Assembly: GCA_963711315.1 (NCBI GenBank)
Contig: CAVQDQ010000004.1
Location: 7,825-71,824 of the forward strand
Reading direction: 5' to 3'
Source of the DNA: an uncultured Actinomycetes bacterium
GTDB taxonomy: Bacteria; Actinomycetota; Thermoleophilia; Gaiellales; Gaiellaceae
Length of the DNA: 64,000 nt
Below, one piece after another: positions 29,274 to 38,729 of the stretch (position 1 is the first letter of the stretch; each line of letters starts with the position of its first letter). The translations under genes were made by a program, and so were the position numbers. The notes under the pieces were generated by a model. That model worked only from the letters and a program-made list of their open reading frames with translations. It was not told the origin of the DNA and made no database searches.

Positions 29274-30638
29274 TTACGCCGCCCCTACCCGCTGCACGAT
29301 CGCGTCGACGACACGCTCGCCGGCGCGCCCGTCCAGTTCCCCGACGACCTCCCGTGCGACGCGCCGCCGCTCCGCCGAGAGCTCGCCCGGTTGATCGAGG
29401 CAACGTTCAATGGCCGCGGTCACGTCGTCGAACGTCGAAGCCCGATAGAAGGCCGTGGACGACATGAGCTCGCGGTAGTGCACGCCGAGCACGTTCTTCG
29501 CGGCCCAGGTTTCCCCGGGCGGAGCACCCTCGTCGTAGAGGACGCACACCGCCGGCCGGTCGTTGACGAGTGAGTCGAGCAGGATGGTGCCGGCGTTCGA
29601 CACGACGCACGCGCCGTACTGGAGCATCACGGCGAGCGAGCGTATGTCCGCCTCGCCGGCGGGCTGCACGGCGGCCCCCTCCCGCCCCATCGCCGCCGCA
29701 AACCGCTGCTCCCACTTCTTGTCACGAGGGTGCGGGCGAAACAGCAACGAAAACCTCTGCCGTGAGCCGCTCTCCTCCCACCAGCCGACCAGCCGCTCGA
29801 AGAACAGCGGCTCGTACGGCGTGTTCGTCGGCGTGTTTCCCATCACCAGTACGACGGGGCGCGACGGATCCAACCCGTGCCGGCGGCATAACGCCTCGAA
29901 GTCCTCGGGCGGGCGCCGTTCGTGGAAGAAGTCGCTCTGGGGCCAGCCGGTGACGATCGCGCGTGCGGGGTCGACGCCGTGATACCGCTCGAGATCGCTC
30001 CGCATGACGTCGTTCTGAACGATGTAAGCGTCGAGGTGAGACGAGATGACGCCCTTGCCCACGGGGTGGTCCCAGCTCGCAACGTAGCCGACGGCGGGCG
30101 TCCCCAGCCGCCGCGCGGCATTCAGCACGGGCGCCACTGACGGCGTCTGGAGATTGGCCACGACGACGGCGTCGCACTCGTCCCGCATCCGCTTCACCAG
30201 CGCGCTGGGCACGTACCGCCTCTTCGAGAAGTACCACCGCAGCATCCCCTGCTCCACCCATTGCCAGCGCGGCAGCGGATCGGCGTGGTCGAGATCGAGG
30301 AACGGATTGCCGTGCCCGTGTGCCATTCGCTCGACATGGAAGCCGTGCCGGTAGTTGAAGCGAATCGCGAGCGGCCAGAACCCGAAGTGCTGCTCGAGCC
30401 AGGCGTCAGCGCGCCGGGCGACCCTCTCGGAGAACGCGACGTGCTCGGGAAAGACATCCTCGTAGTACTTCACCTGCAGCTCGTCGAGCTCAGCCCAGCG
30501 TGACGCCTGCTTGCGCGGCTCGAGAAAGACGACTTCCAGCCGATCTCCGAGCCGCTCCGAAAGCCCTGCCGTCAGCCCGCACCAGAAAAAGAGCTTGGTG
30601 GTCAGCGGATCGGGGAGGACAAGCCAGACCCGCCGCAT
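29274..30638 (-). CDS. Hypothetical GT-B-like transferase with an HP motif (candidate CMP-sugar or phospho-sugar transferase)
   Basis: MRRVWLVLPDPLTTKLFFW...VLVMGNTPTN...LLFRPHPRD...VVSNAGTILLDSLVNDRPAV... has a two-Rossmann-like layout. The ATG shares 1 nt with the upstream stop (TGATG). The upstream 137 aa of ORF 29274..31049 were not called. Confidence 0.6.
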   Translation of the reverse strand: MRRVWLVLPDPLTTKLFFWCGLTAGLSERLGDRLEVVFLEPRKQASRWAELDELQVKYYEDVFPEHVAFSERVARRADAWLEQHFGFWPLAIRFNYRHGFHVERMAHGHGNPFLDLDHADPLPRWQWVEQGMLRWYFSKRRYVPSALVKRMRDECDAVVVANLQTPSVAPVLNAARRLGTPAVGYVASWDHPVGKGVISSHLDAYIVQNDVMRSDLERYHGVDPARAIVTGWPQSDFFHERRPPEDFEALCRRHGLDPSRPVVLVMGNTPTNTPYEPLFFERLVGWWEESGSRQRFSLLFRPHPRDKKWEQRFAAAMGREGAAVQPAGEADIRSLAVMLQYGACVVSNAGTILLDSLVNDRPAVCVLYDEGAPPGETWAAKNVLGVHYRELMSSTAFYRASTFDDVTAAIERCLDQPGELSAERRRVAREVVGELDGRAGERVVDAIVQRVGAA

Positions 30639-31630
30639 CAGAAGAAGTCGTGGTCGCCGCTGATGATGCGCCAGCGATCGAAGTCGTAGGCGTCGAAGGG
30701 GAAGGCCTTCGACGGATTCGCGAGCGACGTCATGGGATGGCGGCCTTCGAGCGTGAAACCGGTGGCCGTGACGGCCTGCTCGAGCATCGGATCCTTCACC
30801 AGCACGTCGAGCTTCCGGGCGCCCGTGCGGCGCACTCGTTCCACCGCCTCTCCGAGCGCGGACTGTGCAGCCTGTCCGTCGAGAGCAAGGAGCTCGTGGA
30901 CGCGGAAGATGCCCGCGAAGTCGTCGCCCCACCGCGCCGGGTCGCGTTCGCCGAGCAACGCGGCTGCGGTCAGCGACCCGGTCGCGTCCCGCTCGGTGAC
31001 CCACTGGTAGTTCTCGCAGGTCGCGTCGGAGTAACGCCATGACAACCATGCGGCGCTCTTGTCGATGCGTACGAGACCGGGCTGCGCGTGAGCTCGTGAC
31101 GCAAACTCGGCGAGCTCGTCGATCGTCGGTGCGGCTGCGGGCTCAGCGCCCCGGCGCGAGAGTCTCGGCAGGCGCAGGCGCCGCCGCTCGAGGTCGATTC
31201 CCCAGCCGCCCACCTCGCCCAGATACGTGGCGCCGACGTGCTTGGTGAGCTTGATCGACCGCACGTTGGGAAACGTGTACATCAGCTGCATGCGCTCGAG
31301 GGCGAGGTCCCGCCCCTGCTTGGCAAGGGTCAGAAAGAGCCGCGGCCGGTTGCGGTAGTCGGGGTGCGTCACCGCCTCCATGCCCTGAGCGCCGAGCAAG
31401 ACCTCGTCGCCGGCGCGCATGGCCACGGGCCAGTAGACCGCCATCGATGCGCAGACGTCGCCGTCGACCGCGATCAGCGCTACCGAGTCTCCCCACGGAG
31501 TGTCGAAGAGGCGGTGGCGGGTGACGGACTCGGGTCGCGGCCTGCCTTTGACCGCTTCGTAGAGCCTCCCGAGCGCCGGCAAGTCGGCAGGCGTCGGCGG
31601 CCGGATCTGCAATTCGTCAGCCAAGCCCAA
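30638..31630 (-). CDS. GNAT-like acyltransferase, two-domain
   Basis: 330 aa with IRPPTPADLPALGRLYEAV...IAVDGDVCASMAVYW...GMEAVTHPDYRNRPRLFLTLAKQG.... The start is TTG and overlaps the upstream gene's 3' end. Confidence 0.65.
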   Translation of the reverse strand: MGLADELQIRPPTPADLPALGRLYEAVKGRPRPESVTRHRLFDTPWGDSVALIAVDGDVCASMAVYWPVAMRAGDEVLLGAQGMEAVTHPDYRNRPRLFLTLAKQGRDLALERMQLMYTFPNVRSIKLTKHVGATYLGEVGGWGIDLERRRLRLPRLSRRGAEPAAAPTIDELAEFASRAHAQPGLVRIDKSAAWLSWRYSDATCENYQWVTERDATGSLTAAALLGERDPARWGDDFAGIFRVHELLALDGQAAQSALGEAVERVRRTGARKLDVLVKDPMLEQAVTATGFTLEGRHPMTSLANPSKAFPFDAYDFDRWRIISGDHDFF

Positions 31631-32600
31631 GCTCCGCAGCCACGACGCGATACCACTTGCTGTGACTCAGCTGCACGCGGTCAACCAGGGCGGCGTCGGG
31701 CGGAGATCCGGCGATGGCGATCCTAGGTAGCAGCAGCGGATCCATGCCCTCGCGCACCGGGCCGCCGACGTTCATGAAGGCGGAACTGTAGCCCGCCTCA
31801 CGAGCGGCCTCGACGGCGGCGCGGCAGAGGTCGCTCGGATGTCCGTGCGGGTAGGAGAAGTGCCGGCACGGGACGCCGAGGCGATCCTCGATCGCTGACT
31901 TCGAGCCCTCCACCTGGGCGGTGATCTCCCCTGTGCCCTGCCGCTCGTGAAGGACGGCGTGGTCGCGAGTGTGAGACCCGACGGTGACGCCCCGCTCGAC
32001 GAGCGAGCGCAGCTCGTCCCAGCCGAGCAACGCCTCGCTCGCGAACGCTGCATCGACTTCCGTCCAGCGCTCGTCGGGCAGGAGCTCGCGGAGCCTCTGC
32101 AGCACGTCTTCGGCCTCCTGCAGGGGCAACGTCCGGAGCAGCTCCGCCGCCTGTCCGGCCGCGCGCTCACGATCGTCCGCGGTGCGGAGCTTGAACGGCC
32201 GTCTCCGCCCCGGCAACCGTACGCTCGGCTCCTCGGTAAACGCGAGAGCTGCGCGCATGACGTACGTCGGCACACGCGATCCCGAGTCGATAAGGCCCGT
32301 CGGGACGAAAACGGCGTAGGGCAAGCCGTTCAACAGCGGATCGGCGAGCTCGAGCACCGAGCGATAGGCGTCGTCGAACGTGAGCGCGGCGGCGTTCGCC
32401 GGCAGCGACGCTTCGCCACGCACGGCCGCCACGACCTCGTCCAGCGTCACGACCTCGTAGCGCGAGCGGACGAGCTGGACGATGCGCTCGAAGGACTCGA
32501 CATCGACGTGGTTGACCTGGATCTCCGGATGCTCGATCCGCTCGACGACGCCGTGGAAGCTCAGCACCGCGGCGAGCTCTGGCGCGAAGGTCGCGTTCAC
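31617..32600 (-). CDS. Polysaccharide deacetylase (NodB-homology domain)
   Basis: The GTG at 32600 overlaps the transketolase stop (GTGA). Contains ...ALTFDDAYRSV..., ...VGSHTRDHAVL... and ...FSYPHG.... The upstream 262 aa of ORF 31617..33386 were not called. Confidence 0.82.
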   Translation of the reverse strand: MNATFAPELAAVLSFHGVVERIEHPEIQVNHVDVESFERIVQLVRSRYEVVTLDEVVAAVRGEASLPANAAALTFDDAYRSVLELADPLLNGLPYAVFVPTGLIDSGSRVPTYVMRAALAFTEEPSVRLPGRRRPFKLRTADDRERAAGQAAELLRTLPLQEAEDVLQRLRELLPDERWTEVDAAFASEALLGWDELRSLVERGVTVGSHTRDHAVLHERQGTGEITAQVEGSKSAIEDRLGVPCRHFSYPHGHPSDLCRAAVEAAREAGYSSAFMNVGGPVREGMDPLLLPRIAIAGSPPDAALVDRVQLSHSKWYRVVAAELGLG

Positions 32601-34513
32601 GCGCCCGCGAGCGTCCGCGCCTCGGCGATTCGGCCCACCAGCGAGGCAGCGTCGAGTCCGTGCGCCCGCAGCGCTTCGGGCGGAGTGCCGAACGCAGGCC
32701 AGCCGTCGGCGCCGCTCACGGCCACTTCGCGGCCGGGCAGCTCGCGGCGCAGCGCGTCGCCGAGCGCACCGACCGAGGCGTGGTCTTCGACGACTACGAT
32801 CGGGGCCGTCGTCGCTGCGACCTCCTCTAACCACTCGCGGTCGAAGCGGTTGAGCCAGGGCAGGTCGACAACGGCCACGTCGTGCCCGTGCTCCGCGAGC
32901 ACCTCTGCCGCCGTCAGCACCTCGTGCAGCATCACGGGCCCGTAGGCGAAGACGAGGGCGTCCTCGCCATCCCGGAGCACTGTTCCGCGCCCAGGCGCCA
33001 GCCGGTAGTCGGCGGGAAGCTCGATGCGTCGCGGGGAAGGCCCTATGGCGAGCCGAATGGCGACGTTGCCTTCCGCCTCCTCCACCGCCCACGCCACGAC
33101 CGCCTTCGTCTCGTCTGCATTCGCAGGCTGCACGATCGTCATGTTCGGCAGCGCTGCCAGCAGCGACACGTCGCGCAGGCTCTGATGCGACATGCCCGGC
33201 CCGGCCGGGATCAGCCCGGCGTAGTGCAGCGCATAGATCACCTTCGAGCCTTCGCTCGCGTTGTTGTAGATCTGCTCGTTCGCGCGTGACGCGAGGAAGC
33301 TCGCGAACGAGTTGACCACGGGCACGAACCCGTGACGCGCCAGCCCGCCGGCTACCGACACCATGTCCTGCTCGGCGATGCCGCACTCGAGGAAGCGGTC
33401 GGGGTAGGCCTCCTCGAAGGCGCGCACCCGGCAGTCGGATGCAAGGTCGGCGTCGAGCACGACGAGCGCCGGATTCCGCGCGGCCAGCTCGACGAGGGCC
33501 TCGCCGTAGGCCTCGACGACGTACTCGCGGGTGACCGTGACGCGTTTTCCTGCGCCACTCTCGGGCTCCGCCTCGAGCGCCGGTGCGGGCAGCTCGTCCT
33601 CCAACGGGGGCACAGGCTCGAGCTGCACGGGCCCGATTCGGGCCAGCAGCTCGTCGCGTGCCCGCTCAAAGCTCTGATCGTCGGGAGCGCCAGCGTGCCA
33701 GCGGTACGTGCCGCCCCCCACGCGCAGGGCAGCCGGATGCTCCATGAACGAGACGCCGCGGCCTTTGATCGTCCGGGCGACGATGGCCTGCGGGCGGTCG
33801 TCAATCGTGCTCAGCTCGCCGAACACGCGCCGCAGCTCGTCGTAGTCGTGGCCGTCGCACGAGGAGACGTGCCAACCGAACGCCGCGAGCTTCGCCTCGA
33901 GGTCGCCGAGCGCGAGGATCTCCTCCGTCGGCTTGTCCGACTGGAGCTCGTTCCGATCGACGACGACCGTCAAGCCGGCGAGGCGGTCGTGAGCCGCGCC
34001 TTGCAGCGCCTCGAAGTTCTGGCCCTCCTGCAGCTCGCCGTCGCCGACCATCACCACCACTCGCCCGCCCCTGCCCAGCTGCCGTTTTGCCCACGCGATT
34101 CCGCGCCCCTTGGAGATGCCCATGCCGAGCGAGCCGGAGTTGGCCTCGATGCCGGGCGCGCGCACGTTCGGGTGGCCGTCCAGCCCGTCCGCCCGGCGCA
34201 GACGCAGCAGCTTTTCGGTCGGCACCACGCCAAGCGAGTGGAGGACGGCGTACAGCCCGGGCACGTCGTGACCCTTCGATGAGAAGTACACGTCGCGGTC
34301 GGCGTGCTCGAAGCCGAGCCGCGTGACATTCAGCTGCTCGTAGAGCAGGAAGACCACGATGTCCATCGCGCTGAAGCTCGAGCCGAGGTGGCCGGAGCCC
34401 GCACGCTTGACGGCGGTCAGGGCGTTGAGCCGGCACATGTCGGCGACCACGGGGAGCCCCGCCTCGCGCGCGCGGGCGAACTCCGACCGCGGGATGAGGC
34501 TCAGCTCGCTCAC
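32597..34513 (-). CDS. Transketolase-family protein with N- and C-terminal halves fused (638 aa)
   Basis: Contains SGHLGSSFSAMDIV, GSLGMGISKG and VMVGDGELQEGQ (the ThDP GDG motif). The pyrimidine-binding half has ...ECGIAEQDMV.... A C-terminal domain is present. The ORF is intact. Confidence 0.9.
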   Translation of the reverse strand: MSELSLIPRSEFARAREAGLPVVADMCRLNALTAVKRAGSGHLGSSFSAMDIVVFLLYEQLNVTRLGFEHADRDVYFSSKGHDVPGLYAVLHSLGVVPTEKLLRLRRADGLDGHPNVRAPGIEANSGSLGMGISKGRGIAWAKRQLGRGGRVVVMVGDGELQEGQNFEALQGAAHDRLAGLTVVVDRNELQSDKPTEEILALGDLEAKLAAFGWHVSSCDGHDYDELRRVFGELSTIDDRPQAIVARTIKGRGVSFMEHPAALRVGGGTYRWHAGAPDDQSFERARDELLARIGPVQLEPVPPLEDELPAPALEAEPESGAGKRVTVTREYVVEAYGEALVELAARNPALVVLDADLASDCRVRAFEEAYPDRFLECGIAEQDMVSVAGGLARHGFVPVVNSFASFLASRANEQIYNNASEGSKVIYALHYAGLIPAGPGMSHQSLRDVSLLAALPNMTIVQPANADETKAVVAWAVEEAEGNVAIRLAIGPSPRRIELPADYRLAPGRGTVLRDGEDALVFAYGPVMLHEVLTAAEVLAEHGHDVAVVDLPWLNRFDREWLEEVAATTAPIVVVEDHASVGALGDALRRELPGREVAVSGADGWPAFGTPPEALRAHGLDAASLVGRIAEARTLAGA

Positions 34514-35304
34514 GGGGTTTCGCGGCGGTGCGCGGCAACTGCGGGAGCGAGCCCCGTCGCCTCGGCCAGCTCATCGGTCTTCTCACAGATCAGCAGCACC
34601 TGCTCCGACTCCGGGCGGTAGTCCGTAAACCTCCGGACCTTTCGCCAGCCGGTCCACGCGAGCTCCGTCCGCATGGCTGCCACCGTCGGCACAGCCTTCG
34701 CCTTGCCCGTCGACGCCTGCCAATTAAGGCGGACGATGGCGTCGCTCCTGTCGTCGACGGTGGACTCGAGCAGCATCGAGCCGCCCAGCCGCGTCACGCG
34801 GTTCAGCGTCGACAGCAGTTCGAGGTGATGCGCGGAGTGGTAGAGCACGCCGAGGAAGAAGACGAGGTCGAACGGCTCCAGCTCGAGCAGCTCCTTTGCA
34901 GCGCGCAGGTCCCCGTAGACGAAGCGGTGCGGACTACGCAGCTCACCTACCCAGCGCTCGTGCAGCTCGCCGTCCGCCGCAAAGTCAGAGAAGACGAGCT
35001 CGGACGGCCGGAGCTCCCGGTCGATCCAGAGCGAGTGCACGCCGTACTTCGGCCCCACCTCGAGCACGCGGGCGCCGCGAAAGCGCTCGACGTCGATCAC
35101 GGTCGGCAGTGCCGCAGGAACGAGCGTCAGATCGGGCACGTCCCCCCACGCGGTCGACGGCCGCTTGTCGGCGATCGGCCGGGAGTCGAGCACCTCCTCC
35201 GCCGCCTCGTCCAGGCGATAGCTGGCGTGCGCGTCCGGGTCGTACACCTGAAGCCCTGACCGGACGGCTGCCGACCACGCGGCCCTGCGCAGGAGCTTCC
35301 GCAC
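34510..35304 (-). CDS. Class I SAM-dependent methyltransferase
   Basis: Contains VLEVGPKYG (motif I-like) ...DLVFFLGVLYH...GGSMLLE. The GTG at 35304 lies 1 nt after the upstream stop. Confidence 0.75.
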   Translation of the reverse strand: MRKLLRRAAWSAAVRSGLQVYDPDAHASYRLDEAAEEVLDSRPIADKRPSTAWGDVPDLTLVPAALPTVIDVERFRGARVLEVGPKYGVHSLWIDRELRPSELVFSDFAADGELHERWVGELRSPHRFVYGDLRAAKELLELEPFDLVFFLGVLYHSAHHLELLSTLNRVTRLGGSMLLESTVDDRSDAIVRLNWQASTGKAKAVPTVAAMRTELAWTGWRKVRRFTDYRPESEQVLLICEKTDELAEATGLAPAVAAHRRETP

Positions 35305-35305
35305 G

Positions 35306-36478
35306 TCAGCCCGCGGACGGCCAGGGATGGGCGCGCAGCACGTCCTCGTCCACCTCGGCGCCCCAGCCCGGGCCGGCTGGGACGGTCAGCACGCCGCCGG
35401 TGATGTCCGGCACGGACGTCAACTCGTCCTTCCACGGCACGTCGTCGACGTCGACCTCGAGGATCCGCATGTTGGGAATGGCCGCGCACCACTGGGCCGA
35501 GATGTACGTCGCCAGGTGGCTGTAGTAGTTGTGCGGCGCGCAGTTGACCTCGTGGGTCTCGGCGAGGTCGGCGATCTTCTTCGACTGCGCGAAGCCGTTC
35601 CAGATCACGTCGACGGAGGCGACGTCGACCGCGCCGGCTTCGAAGAATGGCCGGAACGCGCGCGCGCCGTAGAGGTTCTCGCCGGAGCAGATCGGGATCG
35701 ACGTCGACCGGCGCACGAACGCGAGGGCCTCGGGGTCGAAGCAGTCGATCTCGAGCCAGGCGAGGTCATACGCGGCGAGCGCAGCCGCGGTGCGCCTCGC
35801 GCCCTCCGTCGTGAGGTTGAAGTTCAGATCGACTATCGGCTCAGCCTTGCCCTCCGTGCCGGCGGCGAACGCCTCCAGCAGCCTGCCGAGCGCTGCCTCC
35901 ACCTCGGGTGAGGAGTTCCGCTCCAGACCTGGGCCGTGGAACCCTCGGTGCAGCACCTGCGGCTCGTCGCCCGGCACGACGAGGTTCGTCTTGAAGGCGG
36001 GAAAGCCGCGCTCGACCACCTCGCGGCCGAGCGCCGTGACGTCTTCGTAGGAGGCGAGCTTCGGCGTTCCCGTCACCTCCCACGCGCGCGCACGCGTGGT
36101 GCCGCAGTGCGACCAGTAGGTAGGCACCTCCGTGCGCAGCGGGCCTCCGAAGAGCTCGTAGACCGCGACGCCGTGTGATTTCGCCGAGAGGTCGAGCAGC
36201 GCGTTCTCGACGGCGGCGATCGCCTTCGCCACGACGCCGCCGGGGCTCTGCCGGGTCGCGCGGTAGAGATCCCAGTAGACGGCCTCCCATGCGCGCGGGT
36301 CGCGGCCGACGACGAGCGGCGACAGGTCCTCGACGATCCCGGCGAGGCCGCGCGGCGAGCCGTGCGAATCGGTCACCTCGCTCCAGCCGACGAGCCCGTC
36401 GTCCGTGGTCGCCTTGAGGAAGATCCACGGCCGCCAGCCGGCGTCGCAGAACAGCGTTTCGAGGGCTGTGACCTTCAC
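35306..36478 (-). CDS. Enolase-superfamily enzyme (mandelate racemase / muconate lactonizing family, acid-sugar dehydratase-like)
   Basis: 390 aa with MKVTALETLFCDAGWRPWIFLKATTDDGLVGWSE...AVENALLDLSAK...DLNFN...WLEIDCFDP...PICSGEN...APHN.... The start forms a GTGA overlap. Confidence 0.85.
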   Translation of the reverse strand: MKVTALETLFCDAGWRPWIFLKATTDDGLVGWSEVTDSHGSPRGLAGIVEDLSPLVVGRDPRAWEAVYWDLYRATRQSPGGVVAKAIAAVENALLDLSAKSHGVAVYELFGGPLRTEVPTYWSHCGTTRARAWEVTGTPKLASYEDVTALGREVVERGFPAFKTNLVVPGDEPQVLHRGFHGPGLERNSSPEVEAALGRLLEAFAAGTEGKAEPIVDLNFNLTTEGARRTAAALAAYDLAWLEIDCFDPEALAFVRRSTSIPICSGENLYGARAFRPFFEAGAVDVASVDVIWNGFAQSKKIADLAETHEVNCAPHNYYSHLATYISAQWCAAIPNMRILEVDVDDVPWKDELTSVPDITGGVLTVPAGPGWGAEVDEDVLRAHPWPSAG

Positions 36479-37158
36479 GAGCCCTCGGCGAGCCGGAACA
36501 CGACCCTCGCGACGGGCGTTCCCTGGTCGTTCGTGGCGCTCCGCGCAGGCTGCTCGTCGAGCCAGAGCTCGTCAGCGGCGACCGGCGTGAGCACTGCCTG
36601 CAGGTCGGCGAGGCTGTGGAACGCGATCCGGTCGGCGTCGCTCGAGCCGTCGCCGAGCGGCACTTCCACCCCGACGATTGCGCCGGGTCGGCCGACGCGC
36701 TCGATCTCGCGCAGCACCTTCCCGGCGTCGAACGAGTGCTCCAGCGAATGGGACGCGTAGACGGCGTCGAAGACAGCGTCGCCGAAGCTCATGTCGTGCA
36801 TGTCCATGACGAGGATGTCCGGGTGCGGTGAGACGAGATCGATCCCGACCACCCGGCCGACGCCTGCGGCACGGAAGAGGTCGAGCTCGACTGTGTTCCG
36901 GCAGCCGACGCAGAGCACCGACGACGCGCGCGACAGGTCTCCGAGCTCGACGACCCTGCGGACGAGCTGACGTGCGCCAGCTCCCGGGTCGTTCTCGCGC
37001 TTCGACAGCGTACGCCGCTGCTGCACCTCGAGATACTCGCGGTAGTCGGTCGGCTTGCCCCTGCCGAGCCGCCTCAGACCGGGCCGGTGACGGAGATCGG
37101 TGACAGAGCCCGCCGTCGCCCGAAGACGTGTCCGGATTCCCAGTCTCGCCACCTTCAT
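36475..37158 (-). CDS. Class I SAM-dependent methyltransferase (Methyltransf_11-like)
   Basis: Contains VLCVGCRNTVE...DMSFGDAVFDAVYASHSLEH...PGAIVGVEV. The start forms an ATGA overlap. Confidence 0.8.
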   Translation of the reverse strand: MKVARLGIRTRLRATAGSVTDLRHRPGLRRLGRGKPTDYREYLEVQQRRTLSKRENDPGAGARQLVRRVVELGDLSRASSVLCVGCRNTVELDLFRAAGVGRVVGIDLVSPHPDILVMDMHDMSFGDAVFDAVYASHSLEHSFDAGKVLREIERVGRPGAIVGVEVPLGDGSSDADRIAFHSLADLQAVLTPVAADELWLDEQPARSATNDQGTPVARVVFRLAEGS

Positions 37159-37910
37159 GGGCGGTCAGGATACGGATAGGGCGGGCGATCGATCTTCGTG
37201 AGCAAGGCGGCACCCGAGGCCACGAGCGCCTCTGCGCGCTCCCAGTCCACCTCGTCGTCGACGTTGAAGCCCTCCAGGCCTTCCGTCAGGAACGGCGCGA
37301 GCACCCGGCCCTCGCGCGTGCCGGTCTCGGTGACGACGCGCGTCCACGCGATCTCGAGCGCGCTGTTCTGGTGATAGACGGGCGGCAGCGCCTGGTACTG
37401 GCCCGCGTGCCACGCCACCTCGAGATGGGACTGGTCGAGCAGAGGCGTCATGGTGCGGCCGTCCTCGGCGAGCTCCCACATCTTCCCGGGGTGCTGCTTG
37501 ACCAGCTCGACGGCGCGGATGGAGTCCGCTTCAGGAGTGGCGAGCAGCTGCTCGAGGCCGCGCTGCACGACGTCGGGGCCGCGGAAAGGATTCGTCGCCC
37601 GAACGATGGCGAAGAGGTCGTAGCTCTCCGGCAGCCGCTCGAGCGTGTACGCGATCCACTCGATGTCCGGCGAGGTGGACGTTGCGAATTCCGCCGGGCG
37701 CAGGAAGGGGACGTCGGCGCCGTACCAGCGCGCGACCTCCGCGATCTCCTCGGAGTCGGTGGAGACGAGCACGCGCTCGAACACGCCCGCCTGCTGCGCG
37801 GTCGCGATCGCGTATCCGAGCAGCGGATGGCCTGCGAGCGGCCGGATGTTCTTGTTCGCCACGCGCTCGGAGCCGGAGCGCGCGCCGATGAGGGCGATCA
37901 CGCTGGGCAT
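37155..37910 (-). CDS. Acylneuraminate / ulosonic-acid cytidylyltransferase family (CTP_transf_3, NeuA/KdsB-like)
   Basis: Reads MPSVIALIGARSGSERVANKNIRPLAGHPLLGYAI...STDSEEIA...PFLRPAEFA...VRATNPF.... It overlaps the upstream gene by 13 nt. Confidence 0.85.
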   Translation of the reverse strand: MPSVIALIGARSGSERVANKNIRPLAGHPLLGYAIATAQQAGVFERVLVSTDSEEIAEVARWYGADVPFLRPAEFATSTSPDIEWIAYTLERLPESYDLFAIVRATNPFRGPDVVQRGLEQLLATPEADSIRAVELVKQHPGKMWELAEDGRTMTPLLDQSHLEVAWHAGQYQALPPVYHQNSALEIAWTRVVTETGTREGRVLAPFLTEGLEGFNVDDEVDWERAEALVASGAALLTKIDRPPYPYPDRP

Positions 37911-38729
37911 TGTGCAAGGGCCTCTTCGAGGGTAGGTGTGGGAACGCCGAGTCGGCGGCCCGCGCGGACGACCGCGCCGCCGATCGCGTCGAGCTCCGAG
38001 GGCCGCCCGGCGGAGACGTCGCGTTCCGTTGACGACGTGGCCCAGTCCGGCAAGGACTCGATGATCGCCCATTGCTCGTCGAACGTCGTCCGGGCGCCGT
38101 CCGCTGCGGCGACCGCGCACGCTTCCTCGATTGCCAGGCGCAGCCGCTGGCCGGTCCGCAGCTCGCCGATCGTCTCACCTGCCACCGACGTCAGCACGGC
38201 GATCGGACCCTGGCGGGCGAGCTTCTCCCACAGCACGTCCTTCTCGTTTCGCCACGTCCGTGTGGCGATGCCCGCGCGTTCGAGTTGCTCCGGGGCCTCG
38301 TCGGTGGCGACGTTCACGAGCCCTGGAGTCTGCTGAACGATGCGGGTGGGCGATTCCCGATACCCCTCGAAATGACCGATCGTCGCCGCGACGACGCTTC
38401 GAAACCTGTCGCGCAGCACAGCCATGTGCTCGATGCCGTTCAGCAGGGGGAGAACGAGCCCGGGCTCGGCCCGGATGCGCGCGATGCCGTCTTCCAGACC
38501 GTACGCCTTCACCGTGACGAGCAAGAGGTCGACGGGCTCCTCCAGCCGCTCCGTGACCTGGAGCTGCTCGGTGTGCTCGCCGTCGTCCGTCACGAGCGTC
38601 AGGCCTTCGGCGGCAATCGCCGCCGCGGTCTCCGGCCGCGCCACGCAGACGACGCGCTCGCCGGCAAGCGCCATGCGGACGCCGAGCGCACCCCCGACCG
38701 CCCCCGGACCCGAGGACCGCGACGCTCAT
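37898..38729 (-). pseudogene. Ketopantoate-reductase-family (ApbA/PanE) oxidoreductase, one homopolymer frameshift
   Basis: From the ATG at 38729, MSVAVLGSG is followed by a G5 run (plus-strand C5 at 38701-38705). With G4 the text reads GSGAVGGALGVRMALAGERVVCV..., which is continuous with ORF 37898..38674. Confidence 0.85.
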
